From the NCBI GenBank assembly GCA_951804945.1, contig OX638150.1, positions 68,324,001 to 68,388,000 of the forward strand: a stretch of DNA of 64,000 nt, written 5' to 3'. This stretch comes from Podarcis cretensis. Lineage: Eukaryota. A program made the position numbers and the translations under genes. Below, piece after piece: positions 12,871 through 27,233 of this stretch. Position 1 is the stretch's first letter, and the number at the start of each line of letters is the position of its first letter. The notes below the pieces were generated by a model that had not been told where the DNA came from, made no database searches, and was given only the letters and a program-made list of their open reading frames with translations.

Positions 12871-15184
12871 TAGAAGCACAATGCAAGAGAAATGGAATGC
12901 TGTGCAGGACCAGGATGCTTGACTGTGTAGGTGCAGACCCATGCAGAATTTGTCTGAGTCCCGAGGTGGGAGTCCCCAGTCGGTTTGGAGACACAAGGCA
13001 TTCTTGGCATGACAGTCTAAGTCCAGAAGGCCCCTGCCTTTGACCCCAAGGTGCCCCTCGGAGGTCTGGGGCGAGTGTACCCAGCTGACCCCTACACCCA
13101 ACTGTGTAGATGTCTGTTCCAATATCATTCTCCCAGTGCCTGCCGAAAGCAATTGTGATGAGGAAAGTAATCAAAACCTGAAATAGTGGCCAGGATGATA
13201 TACTATATATTGATCTGGTATAGATATATTCCTAAATGATATACTATATATTCCTAAATGTAAAATGATTAATCCATGCCTGATTAGTTCTATGCTGCCA
13301 CAAAAAGCAGTGCTGATGCATAGTTTCCATATCTTCTCTTCCCAGCCATCGAAGAACAAGCCATCTATTTTTGCTGACCTGTAATTTCTGTAAAATAACC
13401 TCCATGCCTCCTCGTTATGAGGACAGGGACGCCTTGGTCAGAGGTGCTTCAGAGACACACCTGAGCCCAGAAGAATAAAGGTATTATATTAGAAAGCTGC
13501 CCTGGATTTTTTATTTTTTTTTAATGACACGCTTTGCATTGTAATACATGGGATATAGGCTCCATCCATTTCACAAAGTGCCTTCCATTTCTGGGGATAT
13601 TTCATAGAATAAATGTGAAACATGACGGCAGCACAAATGCTACAAATGTGAACAAGGCCCACAAAACAAACTGCTTTTGGTTTTTATGAAATCTCTTTCA
13701 TATTTTCAAAGCTTTTCAACATTGAAAGCGGAAATAGTGCATGAGAATACTGCTGCTGCTGCTGACAACAACATTTTTGTTACTGTTTTTATTTTGTGTT
13801 AGCAAAAGTTATGTACCTGTCACATTGACCTAAGCAAGATTTTTGGAGGGAACTGGACTATCCAAAATCTGAATATACCAACTGGCACTGTTCCACCATA
13901 AATTAATTGCCATGTGCATATTTTAAGGTTCCGTGCTTTCACCTCCAGTTTCCACATGGGACACCCCTGTCACTCAAGCTGAAATGTGATATAGGCATGA
14001 GACAACATTCTTCCCATTGACTCCTGTCCCTCCTTCACCCTTGCCCCCAGGACTGCCCAGTCAGACTGAGGGAGGGAACTTATATTGTTACAGCTGCAAT
14101 AAATCATGAATTCACCTACTGTTTTGCGGTGTCCCTTCCATCCAGCCATGGCCTGGCTATATCTCCCCCCCGCCCAAGGTATCCCTTTCCTTCAGGGGAC
14201 CTCAAAAATGGGACTTTCTGCAATAAGGAAAATGACAGGGAAATGCACTGGGAAGAGTGAGATAACAACTGAGCAACACAATGCTGTATAATCTCACCTC
14301 AGCAAATAGGGACAACTGCTTAGAAGCCAGGCTCTGTTATGGGAAGGGAACATGAATTTGCTAGTAGGTCACCGAGTCCTACACCAAAATAGGGACACTC
14401 TGAAAGCATCCATGGGGAACACAATTGCTCAGCTGATCCCTGCAGAAAGCAGGTATGAACTCATCCTCCATGATCTGATAATCATGATGTCAGGTGATTG
14501 CCAGGTGGGTTGTCCCATCTACCTGTCAAAGATGACCCATGGAAATGGGAACAGATAACTATCCAGCCTACCAGGCCAAAAACAGACATTGTAAAACTTT
14601 GTGTTAAAGGTTTAGTTGCAAAGCCATGAGGTCCTTCAAAGGAGATGTTAAGAACAAGCTATGTGGCCAGCAGAATTAAATGGTGTGGCTCTTGCTAGAC
14701 TGCACCACTTCAAGTTGCTGGTGCATGAATCACATCACTGAATGCTTCCCCGCGGGGTGGAGAAATTAGAAATGTAGAACATCAGACAGAAGGATTGAAA
14801 TTTAGACTTGCTTCTGCCTGATATGCTGGTTTCCTATGTATAGGCAGGTGTATTTTGTGGCAACCCACCATCCACAGTGTCAAGCATAAACTGTAACTCA
14901 TGATATTACTGTTTGTGTAGCTCCACTCTTAGTGGGTATGACAACATCTACTTTTTCTCTCTTCACAGATCCCAAATATATACGAGGTGTAAGAATGGGA
15001 AAGAAGACTCTGATATAGATAATGCTGCTTAGCTTATTTATTGATAAATCCAATCAAGATGATGCAATGTTTTCTTCAGCTACTAAAGCAGAAAATGCAA
15101 GGAGGAAACAGTGGGTGGCTTTGTGGTGATGCTAAAAGGTGAGCAAGGCATGAACTGAAGGTGACATTCTTTAGTGGATGTTCT

Positions 15185-18100
15185 TTAGACATTCCTAGCT
15201 CCATAGCATGGTCCATATCTAATCAGGGAGAGCCTTCCACGACTTTTGCTGGTGAAAGAAAGACAAAGAAGAGTGTGAGGATCCACAAGATGCAAAATTA
15301 TTAAACAGAAGAAATGTACCAGTGAGTAGGATCAACTGAAAAAAAGAGGTCACTTGAAATTGGCAACCATAGGGTGGCCTCCAACTGGACAGGTCTACTA
15401 GTATAAGGACTTTGGAGCTGTGCAATGAAACTTCACCTTATCCTCTCCCCCTACACCATGCGCAACTCCTAAATATGTTCAGGTGGGAGAAGGGAATGAG
15501 AAATTCCACTGTGCAGCCCTAAGTGTTTGTGCTAGCCCAACTGCTTACTTCCCTAAGTTACATTTCCTGTTGGTGACAACACTGGATGAAATTGCTTCAT
15601 TCTCCAAGTTTCATGTTACAAAATTATTTGGATTGCATCTGGCAGTTGTTTTGTTCAGGCAAGGACTTCCACGTGTGCCATGGAACTTCCCTTTCCTCTC
15701 CTTGTGCCCTCCCACCCACTCCAAATTTGGTTTAGAGGATTGAAAGAACACCTACAACAGGTGTGGGGTTCCTCATGCCAGAGTGGGGGTGAGAGGAGAG
15801 AGGGGAAGATCCACTACACAAGCAGAAAACTTGCACAAACATTGGATCCAGCCCTTTGTAAGGGAGCGTTTCTCTTAAATAGGCTACAAATCCTGCACAT
15901 CCTTTTCAGATTGTTCATCATGGGAAAACTGTACTCACACAAAGGCATTGCAGAAGAAGCACTTATTGCTGTATGTCTGGCCATCAGAACCACACATTTG
16001 TTGCAACTCCAGGGTGCAGAAGTTTCTCGGATAGCCTTGGCAATCAACCTGCAGATAGCGAGAGAGCAATAGCACCTTTTCAAGCTTCCTTGCCCACTTA
16101 GCATTAAGCTACACAATGACTTCTTTGAGTGTTATAAATATAAGCACATACATAAATACAGAGTGAGTGAATACCTATGATCATTCACCAAGCATTGTTA
16201 TGCTGTGCCTTACCATTCTGCCAAGAGAGAAGGAGAATTTCAGGGGCAGACGTACGATAAACATATAGTAAGATAGTCCTCCGTGTTTTCAGAAAGCAAG
16301 GGATGTTCTCAGGCTTACGTGCAAAGCCAACTCAATGTAATTTTTAATGTTGAAACCAAAGAAATAAATGTGACCATACCTACACACCCACACAGATGTA
16401 CACCCTGACTAGTTTAAAACCATCAAGCCAAATACTTACCTTTTATTTCCCACCAGAGGACATGCATATTATATGACTGTGCTCTGTTGCAGCTTAAGCT
16501 AGTGTTTGGTTTTATTATAATTTTTAAATTCTTTCATTGTTCCATGATTTTTTTTGCCTTGTTTTATAAGCACTGCTCAGAGATGCAAACAATTAGGAGC
16601 TGTATAAATGCCTTAAGTAAATGAAATAAATGAATAAACTTTACACTGCTCATTTTATTTATCTGTATCTATTTTTTGTTTATGTGTTTCCAGGAATTGA
16701 GGGGGTCTGTTCATTTCAGTTCTCTCTGTTTCTGCTTTCCAATCTTAAAACCAGTTCTTCAGATATTTCTGCTACAATTCATAAGTTTTCTCTCTTTATG
16801 TTCTCCTGGAAGTTTATTACCATTTTGAGGCAGGTTTATTCCAATCATTTTTTATTTTTTTTACAATTGCGTGTCGAGGTCCCCAGGTCCACCCCAATAA
16901 CTCACACATCACACAGAAATTTTTGTTTAAGATTTTTGGCATAATTTTGGCCACAACTTTATTAAAATACAAATTTGTGAGTGGTTGCGTAGGCATTGGT
17001 TGCGACTATCTGCCCCCACCATGGGGGACAGACTGACATTCCGCACGATGCGAAAGTCAGAATAGGGGAATACACTTGGGGGTTACGCGGAGCAGGGAAC
17101 CTGCCCTCACCCCAAAAGCAACCAGGAGCTCATTGCTATGGTCCGAGCCCCCTTGACAGAGTGGACAAGCAATAGTTAGCCCCCAATTCCTTTAATGGAA
17201 TCTCTTGCAGCAGCAGCATTAGAGGGGCAGGCACAGCCAATCCATGCCCCTCAACCAACCAAACCATAAACCAATCCCTAACCGCGAACCTTACAAGTTG
17301 TGACGATTTGCTACGCAGTAGGCAAAAACCAAATGGCCCCAGCCAATCAGCCAGATGGACAAAATTCCTACCAGGCCCCCGCTCCAAAGCAGATGACCCC
17401 ATGACAGGCATAGCAAGGTCAAAGCAAACAACCCTATTCTAGGGAGGGGGGGACGGGCAATCTGATGCACGGGCGAAAAGAGGAAGCCCTAGCCCCGTGC
17501 GAGGAGTTTTAGCATTTCTGACTGTCAATCAATAAATGGCAACATTAACTTCTTCCCAACAACAAGGGAAGCACATCAGTGGCCAACAATCAATTAGCCC
17601 GCTGCCCAACTTTAGAGTGTCCTGGCGGCCCCCACCGCAACACGTGCTCTCCATGAAGGAGAACACGCTTTGTACACGTTTTTGCAAGCACTTTCCCTCG
17701 GTATAATTTGTTTTTTGTATGTTATTTCATTATTTGTTCATTACATTTAGACCCCACCTTTTTGCCCCAAAGAGCTCAAGTTCTTCCCCCCTCATTTTAG
17801 CCTCACAACAACCAGGGTCACCCTGTAAGCTTCATGGCTGAGCACAGAATTGAATTCTGGTCTCCCAGATAGTAGTCCAACACTCAAAAGACTACACCAC
17901 ACTGGCTCTAATATATTATTTTTTATGCACACTTTCCTTTTAATATATGCATTTTTGTAAACGTCTGTTGGCTGGAGGAATGCAGTGCAAAATTTGGATA
18001 TTGTATTTTTACGTTTATAACATGCTCCCGTGTATAAGACAACCCCTATTTTGGGGGACTCAAAATTAAGAAAGTGGGGGGGAGATTGCCCAAAATTGTT

Positions 18101-20860
18101 GACATTTTTTGGGGAAGGATTGCCCATAGTTGTTGAGCTTTTTTTTAGGTGGTATTGCCGAAAATAGCTCACCCGCATGACCTACACTGCCACTCACACG
18201 TGTCGCAAAAGCCACCTTTTGTCTGTCACCTTGCTGGCAGAAGCCGCCAATTGCCCACCCAATTGCCACAGCGACAGCCAATCAACACCAGCCCTTGCCG
18301 CAACCACCAATAACATGCCGTTGACAATCTCCGGCTCGTGGCAGCAACCAATCCTATGCCCCCCCCATGCACTATCCATGTATAAGACAACCCACAATTC
18401 CTAACATACTTTTTACATGGAAAAATACGATATTTGTGAATTTTGAATAATAGCTTTGCTTCAGTTCCACATTGCATCAGAAAGTGCAATGTGACAGTTT
18501 TGCCTTTAAATGCAAACTGAATAGAATTTCTCCCCATCTCTGCTCCCGCGTGATACCAACATTGCCACAGCTTAGCTGGATGGGGCAGGGTGATAAAGAC
18601 CAGCTCACCCATAAGTCAAGGTAAGGTGACCACCTCAGGGGGCAGGTTCCATAGGGGCTGCAGATCCAGCCTCCAAGGAACCTGCAAGGAACAAACCACC
18701 CACCGCTGCTGTGGCAACAACAGCTGTGTGCAGGTAGTTGAAGCCGTTTCCAGGGTGTGTCTGCTGTCATGAAGAGCTGGGTGCAGGGTAGGGATCCCAA
18801 AGGTGGACAAACTGCCCCAGAAGCAGCACAATGTGTCCCAGCTCTTTCCCCCAAAAAGCTCAACAACTTTGGGAAGCTCAGCCAGTTCCCCCAACTTTTT
18901 GCCCGGGCTTTTACTTCTTGAAATATGGCAACCCACTTACACCCCATACTATGCAGTAGTGCATCATGGACACAGCCAGGATTTATGTTAGTGGCCGCAG
19001 GCTTTATGAGCCTCTTGAGCTTGCCGATCAGAAGGTCAGTGTTTCAAATCCCTGCGACGGGGTGAGCTCCCATTTCTCTGTCCCAGCTCCTGCCAACCTA
19101 GCAGTTTGAAAGCACACCAGTGCTCTCTGGTTTCTGTCACAGTGTTTCATTGTGCCAGAAGTGGTTTAGTCATGCTGGCCACATGACTTGGAAAGCTGTC
19201 TGTGGACAAACACCAGCTCCCTCAGCCTGAAAGCGAGATGAGCGCCGCAACCCTATAGTTGCCTTTGACGGGACCTAACCGTCCAGGGGTCCTTTACCCT
19301 TTACCTTTTTACCTATGTTAGTGAGGGGAGAACAAGCTATCTGCGATGTGGTTGGTTGGTTAGTTAGATATTTTTATTTATTTACTTGATTTAGGGGGTG
19401 GATAGCTGCCCTCTCCTGTCCCGTCTTGGCTACACCCATGGAGTGCATAGCTATTATAGCTAGTAGCCATTGGGAGCTTTATCCTTCATGAATTTTATTT
19501 AATGCTCTTGTAAAAGCACCTATGCTGGTGGCTATAACTATCATTTGTTGGATTCAGTCCCATAGTTCAACCACTGAAGAAGCCCTTTCTTTTGTCTCTC
19601 CTGAATCTTCAAAAATTCAGCTTCACTGTATGCCCCAAATTCTAGTGTTATAGCGGGAAAACATTTATCTATTCACTTCTCCCATGCCCTGCGTTATTTG
19701 ATACACCTCTGTCATGTGCCCTCTTTCTCACCATTTTTCCAAACTAAAAAGTTCCATACTGTATATTGTATCCTTTGCTCATAGTAGAGTTGTTCCGACT
19801 GCCTTTGAGCCACAATTCTTACTTAATGCATTTCATTCCCATTTCTAAGCGAATTATTTATCCCTGTTCCGTTCAGGAGCACATTTCCTTCATGGAAATG
19901 AATATGATGATGAGACAGGACCAGATATTTACATTTGCCCCCTGTAAACCTCTCGGATTCAACAGCACACCAGTGCAAGAATTAGTTTAATCCTAAACTT
20001 TGTTTTCATTGTTCTTTACTTACTATTATGTGCTTTAATTCTCCTCTACAGCTACACGATATTGATTGTGTAATCAGAAGAAATAGCTGGCTCTTACCTG
20101 CAGTTGGGGTCTTCTTGCTTCAGCAACAGTATCTACTGTAGAACCAAAACAACAATTTTAAAAGCTTCAAAGCCAAGCCACCTGTTGAACAGCAGTCCAT
20201 TGGGGGACATTTTATTCACCTCTGAAAAATGAGGTGCATTTTCTCTTACCTTTCCTTTACTACTTTGACATGGAATATGCCAAATAACATAACTGATTAA
20301 TAGTTGAAGTGAAAATGAGCAAATAAATTAAGATTCATTATCTGGTTGACAACACAAATGAAAGCTTTCCCCCCATAAATTTGTTCAAATCCCATCGGTT
20401 TGCAACACAATCCTGTCAAACTTCCTCTTGTTGATGCTTAGAACTCCACATAAGTTCTGTTTTTGTGTGTTATGGCAACCTTGTAGAGGCCACCAAAAAT
20501 GTGTGTGTGGTGGCTCCTGGGGTCCTTAATGTTTGCAAGCTATTCATCATGTGGATTGGCATGGAGAGTACCAGGTAACAGTGCCAGGTACCACCAGGAA
20601 TTTGCTGTGCTGTCATTGAGCCTCTCCATGTGGCAGAGTAAATTCTACATGTTAAGCATTTGTATTCCCTGTGGCACTTACATCCAGCTCATGGAATCAT
20701 GGAATTGGTGTGTGTCCCTTTCTGAGATGTGAGTGTATAATGCAACACAAATTTCAAGAGGAAAGTCTCTCCAAAGGTACCTTGGCAGTATGATAGGTGA
20801 CTCACCTGAGTACAGGAAGAAGAGTGTCAGAACAAGAAGCAAAAAACCCAATGTCTTCAT
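15185..20860 (-). CDS. Gene C: ovomucoid-domain-3-like single Kazal inhibitor (4 exons, P1 Leu)
   Basis: Exons 20860-20806, 20132-20098, 16048-15939 and 15248-15185. Protein [87 protein letters not shown]. Six Kazal Cys; AATAAA at 15042-15037. Confidence 0.9.
16935..17680 (-). mobile_element. Probable LTR-element fragment / solo LTR
   Basis: GC-richer block containing GGCCACAACTTTATT (reverse complement of AATAAAGTTGTGGCC), shared with the LTR-like blocks at 29650 and 31620. Confidence 0.5.
17998..18432. mobile_element. Tc1/pogo (Tigger-like) non-autonomous element
   Basis: Ends TATTGTATTTTT... and ...AAAAATACGATA are inverted, with internal GTATAAGAC repeats. Confidence 0.55.
18992..19315 (+). 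mobile_element. Sauria SINE (older, diverged copy)
   Basis: Body homologous to the other copies; ends in an (ACCTTT)n-like tail. Confidence 0.75.
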
Positions 20861-21574
20861 GGTGAGTCTTGTTCTCGCACCTCCAAGCAGACTTTTCTCA
20901 GATTCCACTGGCAGAGGAAAGATCGAATATGAGGTCTCTCTATATCCCCTTTCCAAACACTATCTACATGTGGAAATTTGATACTGCTGTGGGCAGGTGG
21001 AGCAAATTCAAAGGTTTCTTATCTGTGAAGGGGCAACTAGCATCTTATCAGAGAGCAAGTAAATTGATCTCGTTGCCTTGGCCGTATGCCACAGCAAAGA
21101 ACAGCATATACGGTACATAACAGGGCTTGCTGACAAATTACATATGAGGATTGCATGCACCAAAGAAGCACTCAATAAAAAGAATGCTCAATAAAATTCT
21201 CACTTGTATTTCTGGCAACTCTCCCTATAAAGGCCCAGATAAGAGATAAGACCAATGCCAATTCGCTCCAAAAGCAAACAGAGCCCTTCCCCACCCCACC
21301 CCTCATTATTCTCCTTTCAGTGTTGGCAAGCACAAACTGTTTTGCTGTTGCTTCAGCCTGTGGTCTCATTAAACTGAAGAGTGAGCCTAGCATTTGGATT
21401 GCGATTCCATAGAAACGTAACAATGAAACAGAAAGTTGTGGGGAGGGAGCCTCTTCAACACTTCAGCCTCAAAACCCCATCAAATTAACAGTCCTGTGCA
21501 GATGGCGAAACTTGGTAGAAATGCAGGGGCTGGAAGAGAATTGGAATCATAGAATCTTCTGGTATAGAATGGAG

Positions 21575-21752
21575 CAGTGCTTTTTTCGGGGGGGGGGGAA
21601 TGCAGGGGTACGCATACCCCTAAACATTTTGCGAATCTTTGAACTTTTGTCCATTTACTGTATTTATCTTTCCCGATTTGAACTATAAAATGGTGGTTTT
21701 CTTGAGTTAAAATGAGAGTACCCCTAAACATTTTTTTAAGAAAAAAAAGCAC
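21575..21752. mobile_element. Short TIR MITE (CAGTGCTTTTTT...AAAAAAAGCAC)
   Basis: Inverted termini; a related end occurs near 1700-1713. Confidence 0.55.
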
Positions 21753-22125
21753 CGGAATTGGGTATAGAATCCTCTGGCTTTTGGGCAGCTACATTGTTCC
21801 TCCCCCCCTCCAAATCTGGCTGCAGCCCGACCCACCCCTGGCATGCAGCACCCAGAAGGTTCCCCCATTCCTCATCTACCACTGTACTTGCATCCCTGAG
21901 TCACCTGACTTTTATGAGATGGGAGGGAAAGATCAGTTTGCTTTCTCTTCACCGTGCATAATTTTTGTTCTATCCTGTCGCTCCTAGGGTTATCCTGTCC
22001 CATGCAGCTTCAGCTAGAAAATGTGACTGTAAAATGAATAGGGCCCTCTGAACAACTCTCCACGATCTGAACAAACTACATTTCCAGGATTGTTTGGGGG
22101 AAGCCATGACTGTGGAAGTGGTATA

Positions 22126-22450
22126 GGTAAAGGTAAAGGGACCCCTGACCATTAGGTCCAGTCATGACCGACTCTGGGGTTGCGGCGTTCATCTCGCTTT
22201 ATTGGCCGAGGGAGCCGGCATACAGCTTCTGGGTCATGTGGCCAGCAGAGCAGCACACGGAAATGCCATTTACCTTCCAGCCAAAGCGGTACCTATTTAT
22301 CTACTTGCACTGGTTATGTTTTTGAACTGTTAAGTTGGCAGGAGCTGGGACCGAGCAATGGGAGCTCACCCCGTCGTGGGGATTCGAACCGCCGACCTGA
22401 TCAGCAAGCCCTAGGTTCTGTGGTTTAACCCACAGCGCCACCCGCGTCCC
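22126..22450 (-). mobile_element. Sauria SINE
   Basis: (AAAGGT)n tail at left; 5' end CCACAGCGCCACCCGCGTCCC at right. Confidence 0.85.
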
Positions 22451-22952
22451 AGGTGAAAGTGGTATAATGCTGCTTTAAATGTATTGTCCAGATGTGGCCA
22501 AAATCAGTGCCAGATCCAGTTGTTTTGTGTTCAGGGGGTTGCTTGGTCAAGATGCCATCAGTAGGCCTCAACACCCCCCCCCCCCCGTTTCCTAATTGCT
22601 GTCCCTGTTCTCCATTTCTTCCCCACTTGCTTGCCCTCTCTTCCTCTGGGCCCAATCGGTGCTGCCACCTAGAGGGAGAAGACAAGGCAAGCAGAGACTG
22701 CTGCTCCTTCTGCAGCCATTGCTTGTTTGCAAGGAGGGGACAGGTGTAGAGGCAGCAACAAGTGAAGGGGAGGAGCTCCATTTTGGTTGCCTTTTTTGCC
22801 ACCTTTCCCAACTCTGCGTCCTTGAAGTGTTGTGACGCATTTTACACAAAGCATTGCTTGGATCTAGACACGTGGTTCCCCTCAGAGGGGCATTTTGATT
22901 TTTAAGGGGGGCAATTCGAGAATGCCAGCTTAGGGTGCAGCAGCAAGGAAAT

Positions 22953-23318
22953 AAAAGGTAAAGGTAAAGGTACCCCTGCCCGTACGGGCCAGTCTTGACA
23001 GACTCTGGGGTTGTGCGCCCATCTCACTTAAGAGGCCAGGGGCCAGCGCTGTCCGGAGACACTTCCGGGTCACGTGGCCAGCGTGACATCGCTGCTCTGG
23101 CGAGCCAGAGCCGCACACGGAAACGCCGTTTACCTTCCCGCTGGTAAGCGGTCCCTATTTATCTACTTGCACCCAGAGGTGCTTTCGAACTGCTAGGTTG
23201 GCAGGCGCTGGGACCGAGCAGCGGGAGCGCAACCCGCCGCAGGGATTCGAACCGCCGACCTTTCGATCGGCAAGCCCTAGGCGCTGAGGCTTTAACCCAC
23301 AGCGCCACCTGCGTCCCT
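22953..23318 (-). mobile_element. Sauria SINE (young subfamily) with TSD AGCAAGGAAATA
   Basis: Nearly identical to the copies at 42876 and 53838; direct repeat on both flanks. Confidence 0.9.
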
Positions 23319-25233
23319 TAGCAAGGAAATAGGCACTTGCAATTCTAGGGTTTATTAGGAAAGGGGCTGAAAATAAAATAGCCAGCATCAAATTGCCTTT
23401 GACTAGATTTATGGTCCCCTGAAACCAATGAAAACAGTGAGCAGTGACTTAAGTTCTATTCACGTAAATGGGAACTAAATCCAGCCAACTTAGTCTAGGT
23501 CAGTGGTTCCCAACCTTTTTTTGGCCATGCCCCACCTAAGCATCTCTAAAATCCTGACCCCCCCCCCCCCGTGACATATAATTCTTATTATTCAAAAAGT
23601 GAACTATTCACATAGCCCAAAAGGCCATTAACTGTTAATAACTCATTATCATCAAGCTAAGTACTGAAACCTTTTTGCTAATATTAACGATGGCATCGCA
23701 CCCATTTGAGCATATAATGACAATGGAATGTGAATTTATCTCTTCCCTTCTTTGGTATCATCAAATGCTTACCCCATGGGGAGGAAAAATTGTTATGGGA
23801 CATGTTATGCTTGAGATGCACTTACTCATGCATTGTTTGGGGAAGTTACTGTTAGTAACTGAATTACAGGAAGCTAATGTTTTACATGGCAAACATTTCA
23901 CATGGCAAACATTAATGTTTCACATGGCAAACATTAACGTAATGAAACCCAGCACAGAATGCCACAGATGATTATAAGAATATCAATAGTACAGCAGGGG
24001 GAGCAGTTCAAGTTACCATTTATAGTTGTATTTCCCCCCTTCTTCAAAGGAGCACCAGAAAAGGTACAAGGTTTTATATTAACGTCGCTTGACAATAGCC
24101 CTTAGATGTCACTTAGGCTTCGACAGGATGACCTCTTCAAAGTACTTCCTGCTGAGCAGGGCTCTGAAGCTGCACCTCGATTTAAGTACTGAAGAGGTTA
24201 TGTGCAATAATTCTGGAAGCAGTCTCTGGTGGAAACTAGGGCAAGACAGGGGCAAGACGCACACTGAAGCCGTTGTCATGTATATTGAACTGCACTGGAA
24301 GGTGTGCACAGAAACTGAGGCTACACATGCATTTCCTGAGCCAGATCGAGAAGCTGGGAAACTGGCCAAGTTGCCCCTTGCTTCCCTTTACAACACGTGC
24401 AGGAACTTCTTTCTTGAGACTTGGACCCACTATGGGTCCCATCTGCTCAATCTGCCAGAGCCTGTCTTCAAATGCAGGGGAAGTGTCAAACACACTGAGG
24501 ATTTGAGACCCACTGGCTACTCTCAGCTGGTTTAGCCGGTCAGTCAAAGTGTGTGGCCACTGTCATATGCTGACAGCTTCTAGGAGCCACAAGTGAGAGC
24601 TGAGTGCAAGACGGGGACCAAAGGTGGACAAACAGAAGGAGCATGGCGTGTTCCCCACCAGAGGTACTACTCCTCCTCTGACACCGCATAGACTGCCACA
24701 GATATACTACCTTATGCTACCAGTAATAGCCACTAGATGGCCCCCTTGTAATATTTATCGTATAATCAGTCTAGGCAGAGCAAACCTCTGTAAACTGTTA
24801 CAGCTTTCACTTCTCTCCACTGACTTTGTAAAGCTGGCACACGTGCTATAATGGGTGAGCAAGGCACTGTTTATCTTGCTAGACTATTGCATGTGGGATA
24901 TAGAGAGAAAGGGGGCAGGAGTGGAATGGTAGCACTGTGCTCCCGCTGAAGGGTATTGAAAAAACTACTGCATATATAAGGATCTCATTAGATCAGATAT
25001 GTAGCTGTTTCTAAGGAGAATTCCCCAGTGTGTAATAAAGAAAGAGCTGGTGGGGCAGAAAAGCCATCAGAGGTGTGGCTTCTAAAGGTGAAAAGCCTGC
25101 TCAGGCTCTGAATAAATGAATAAGCCACATCCTTAGGGCTTATTCTCTGCTGCTAACCAAATCTCCTTTACCTTGTACATTTTAAACAGTTGTCTTCCTT
25201 AGAAGCTTTTAAAAAGGGGAAGTTTAGGTTCTT

Positions 25234-25640
25234 AGAATCATAGAATAGAATCATAGAGTTGGAAGAGACCACAAGGGCCATCGAGTCCAACCCCCTGCCA
25301 AGCAGGAAACACCATCAGAGCACTCCTGACATATGGTTGTCAAGCCTCTGCTTAAAGACCTCCAAAGAAGGAGACTCCACCACACTCCTTGGCAGCAAAT
25401 TCCACTGTCGAACAGCTCTTACTGTCAGGAAGTTCTTCCTAATGTTTAGGTGGAATCTTTTTTCTTGTAGTTTGGAACCATTGCTCCGTGTCCGCTTCTC
25501 TGGAGCAGCAGAAAACAACCTTTCTCCCTCCTCTATGTGACATCCTTTTATATATTTGAACATGGCTATCATATCACCCCTTAACCTCCTCTTCTCCAGG
25601 CTAAACATGCCCAGCTCCCTTAGCCGTTCCTCATAAGACA
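25234..25640 (-). mobile_element. CR1 LINE 3' end
   Basis: ORF 25315-25764 contains [29 protein letters not shown]...; (ATTCTATG)n-type tail. Confidence 0.9.
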
Positions 25641-27233
25641 CGTCTTGTAGAGAGGAGCCTGATGAATCAAGCCAATGGCCCAGGTAAGTCCCGCATTGTG
25701 TTTTCACAGTGGCCAACCAGGTGCGTGTGAGAATCCCCAAGGGAGGACCTGAGTGCAGCCGCAAGCACTCTCCCCTCTTGTGGTTTCCAGCAACTGGTAT
25801 TCAGAAGCATTGCTGCCTCTTACTTTGGGGGTAGAACATAGACACATCACATTGATAGTCTCCTCCATGAATTTGTCTAACCTCCTTTTAAAGCCATCGA
25901 GGGTGATAGCCATCACTGCCTCCTGTGGGAGCAAACAGCCACATGGTGGGATACAGAGGCTTGGGACCAAATCTCTCTACAGCTTATCTCCCAGTTTATG
26001 CTTGTGCCTTGCTCGATGGAAGCATTGCTTATGAGAGAGAAAGATAACAGCACAAAGGGAGTAGCATCTTCACTGCCACCCTCTCCTTCCATAGCCCTTT
26101 CTATGTACAATAATTGCTTGGGCCTCTTTTCAACTGTTCCTTCTCCTTGGAGACAGAGGTGAGAATCTACAGAGGTGGCAATATACTGGTATTATTGTGG
26201 GTGACAGGAGAAAGACTGGACCTTGCGTTTTGAGAGTTTGGAGGCTTCCAAGTCTTGGCAGGGCTCCACTCTGCCCTTCAGCGCAGCTTCCCCTGACCGT
26301 ATGCATGTTTACTAAGCAGTAAGTCCTGTGAAGTAAGGAGTCACTCACAAGCAACTCTGCATAGGATCGCAGCCTGACACTTTATCTGAAGTTGGTGCAG
26401 GATGGGGAGAGTTCCAGCCTTTCCCTGCAATAAGCAGATATTCTGTTGAGAAACTGGGGCGCTTCTTATATTTGTATGTTCTTATTTTCTCCTTGTGCAG
26501 CATGCAAAACGGCCTCCCCCTCGCCTCCTCTTCTGCACAGCCTAACCTGTCCTGAGGATTTCTCCAATCCTCCAGAGGAAATTAGGGGACAGAGTGGGAT
26601 GCACAGGTAGGGAAAGCAGAGAGGAAGGGAATCCCATTGCAATAATATTTATTCTTGCACTAGTGCACGACTGTGGCTGAATACACAGATATATATTGTT
26701 ATATATCAATTTAAATGATTTTTTTTTGTATTTTCCTCTCATTTCTGTCTGTTTCTTTTTCTCCTTTTCTTCTATTGGAAATCAATAAAAAAGTTTTTAA
26801 AAAGTAACATGGCAGGGTGATGGGTTCTAGCTTCAATGTCTAACTAAATCATCTGGCTACAGGTGGGGTTTTTTTTTGGGTTTTTTAATCTACATAAATC
26901 AATTGCCTGAAGTCAGAAGTGTTACAGTCCAAAGGGAGTAGATTCTGCTGATTGTTTGACTTGGTTCTTTCATTGTGCGTTATTAGTAACAAAATTCCAG
27001 ATCTCTCTTTCACCCAAATCGCATAATAAATTAAAAAGTAGATAATACAGAAATAAATGTATGGAGAGGTTTATAATGCTGAGCTTATTTATTGATAAAT
27101 CAAATGAAGATGTTGCAAGATATTCACTGGCTAGCAGAACAGAGCATAAGCAGAGGGAATAATAATGAATTTCTTCCTGGAGATGGCATGAACAGGGTAT
27201 GATGAGAAATCGACCTTCTTTTGTAGATGTTCT

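Noticed and set aside
10300-15000. Possible additional Kazal exons between genes B and C
   Set aside because: No CG(S/T)DG/NKC-type exon or signal exon recognised by eye; a tBLASTn search could still reveal decayed copies.
24080-24560. Overlapping 80-150 aa ORFs with coding-like composition
   Set aside because: No recognisable motif or splice structure; possibly a decayed TE or retrocopy. BLASTX would be needed.
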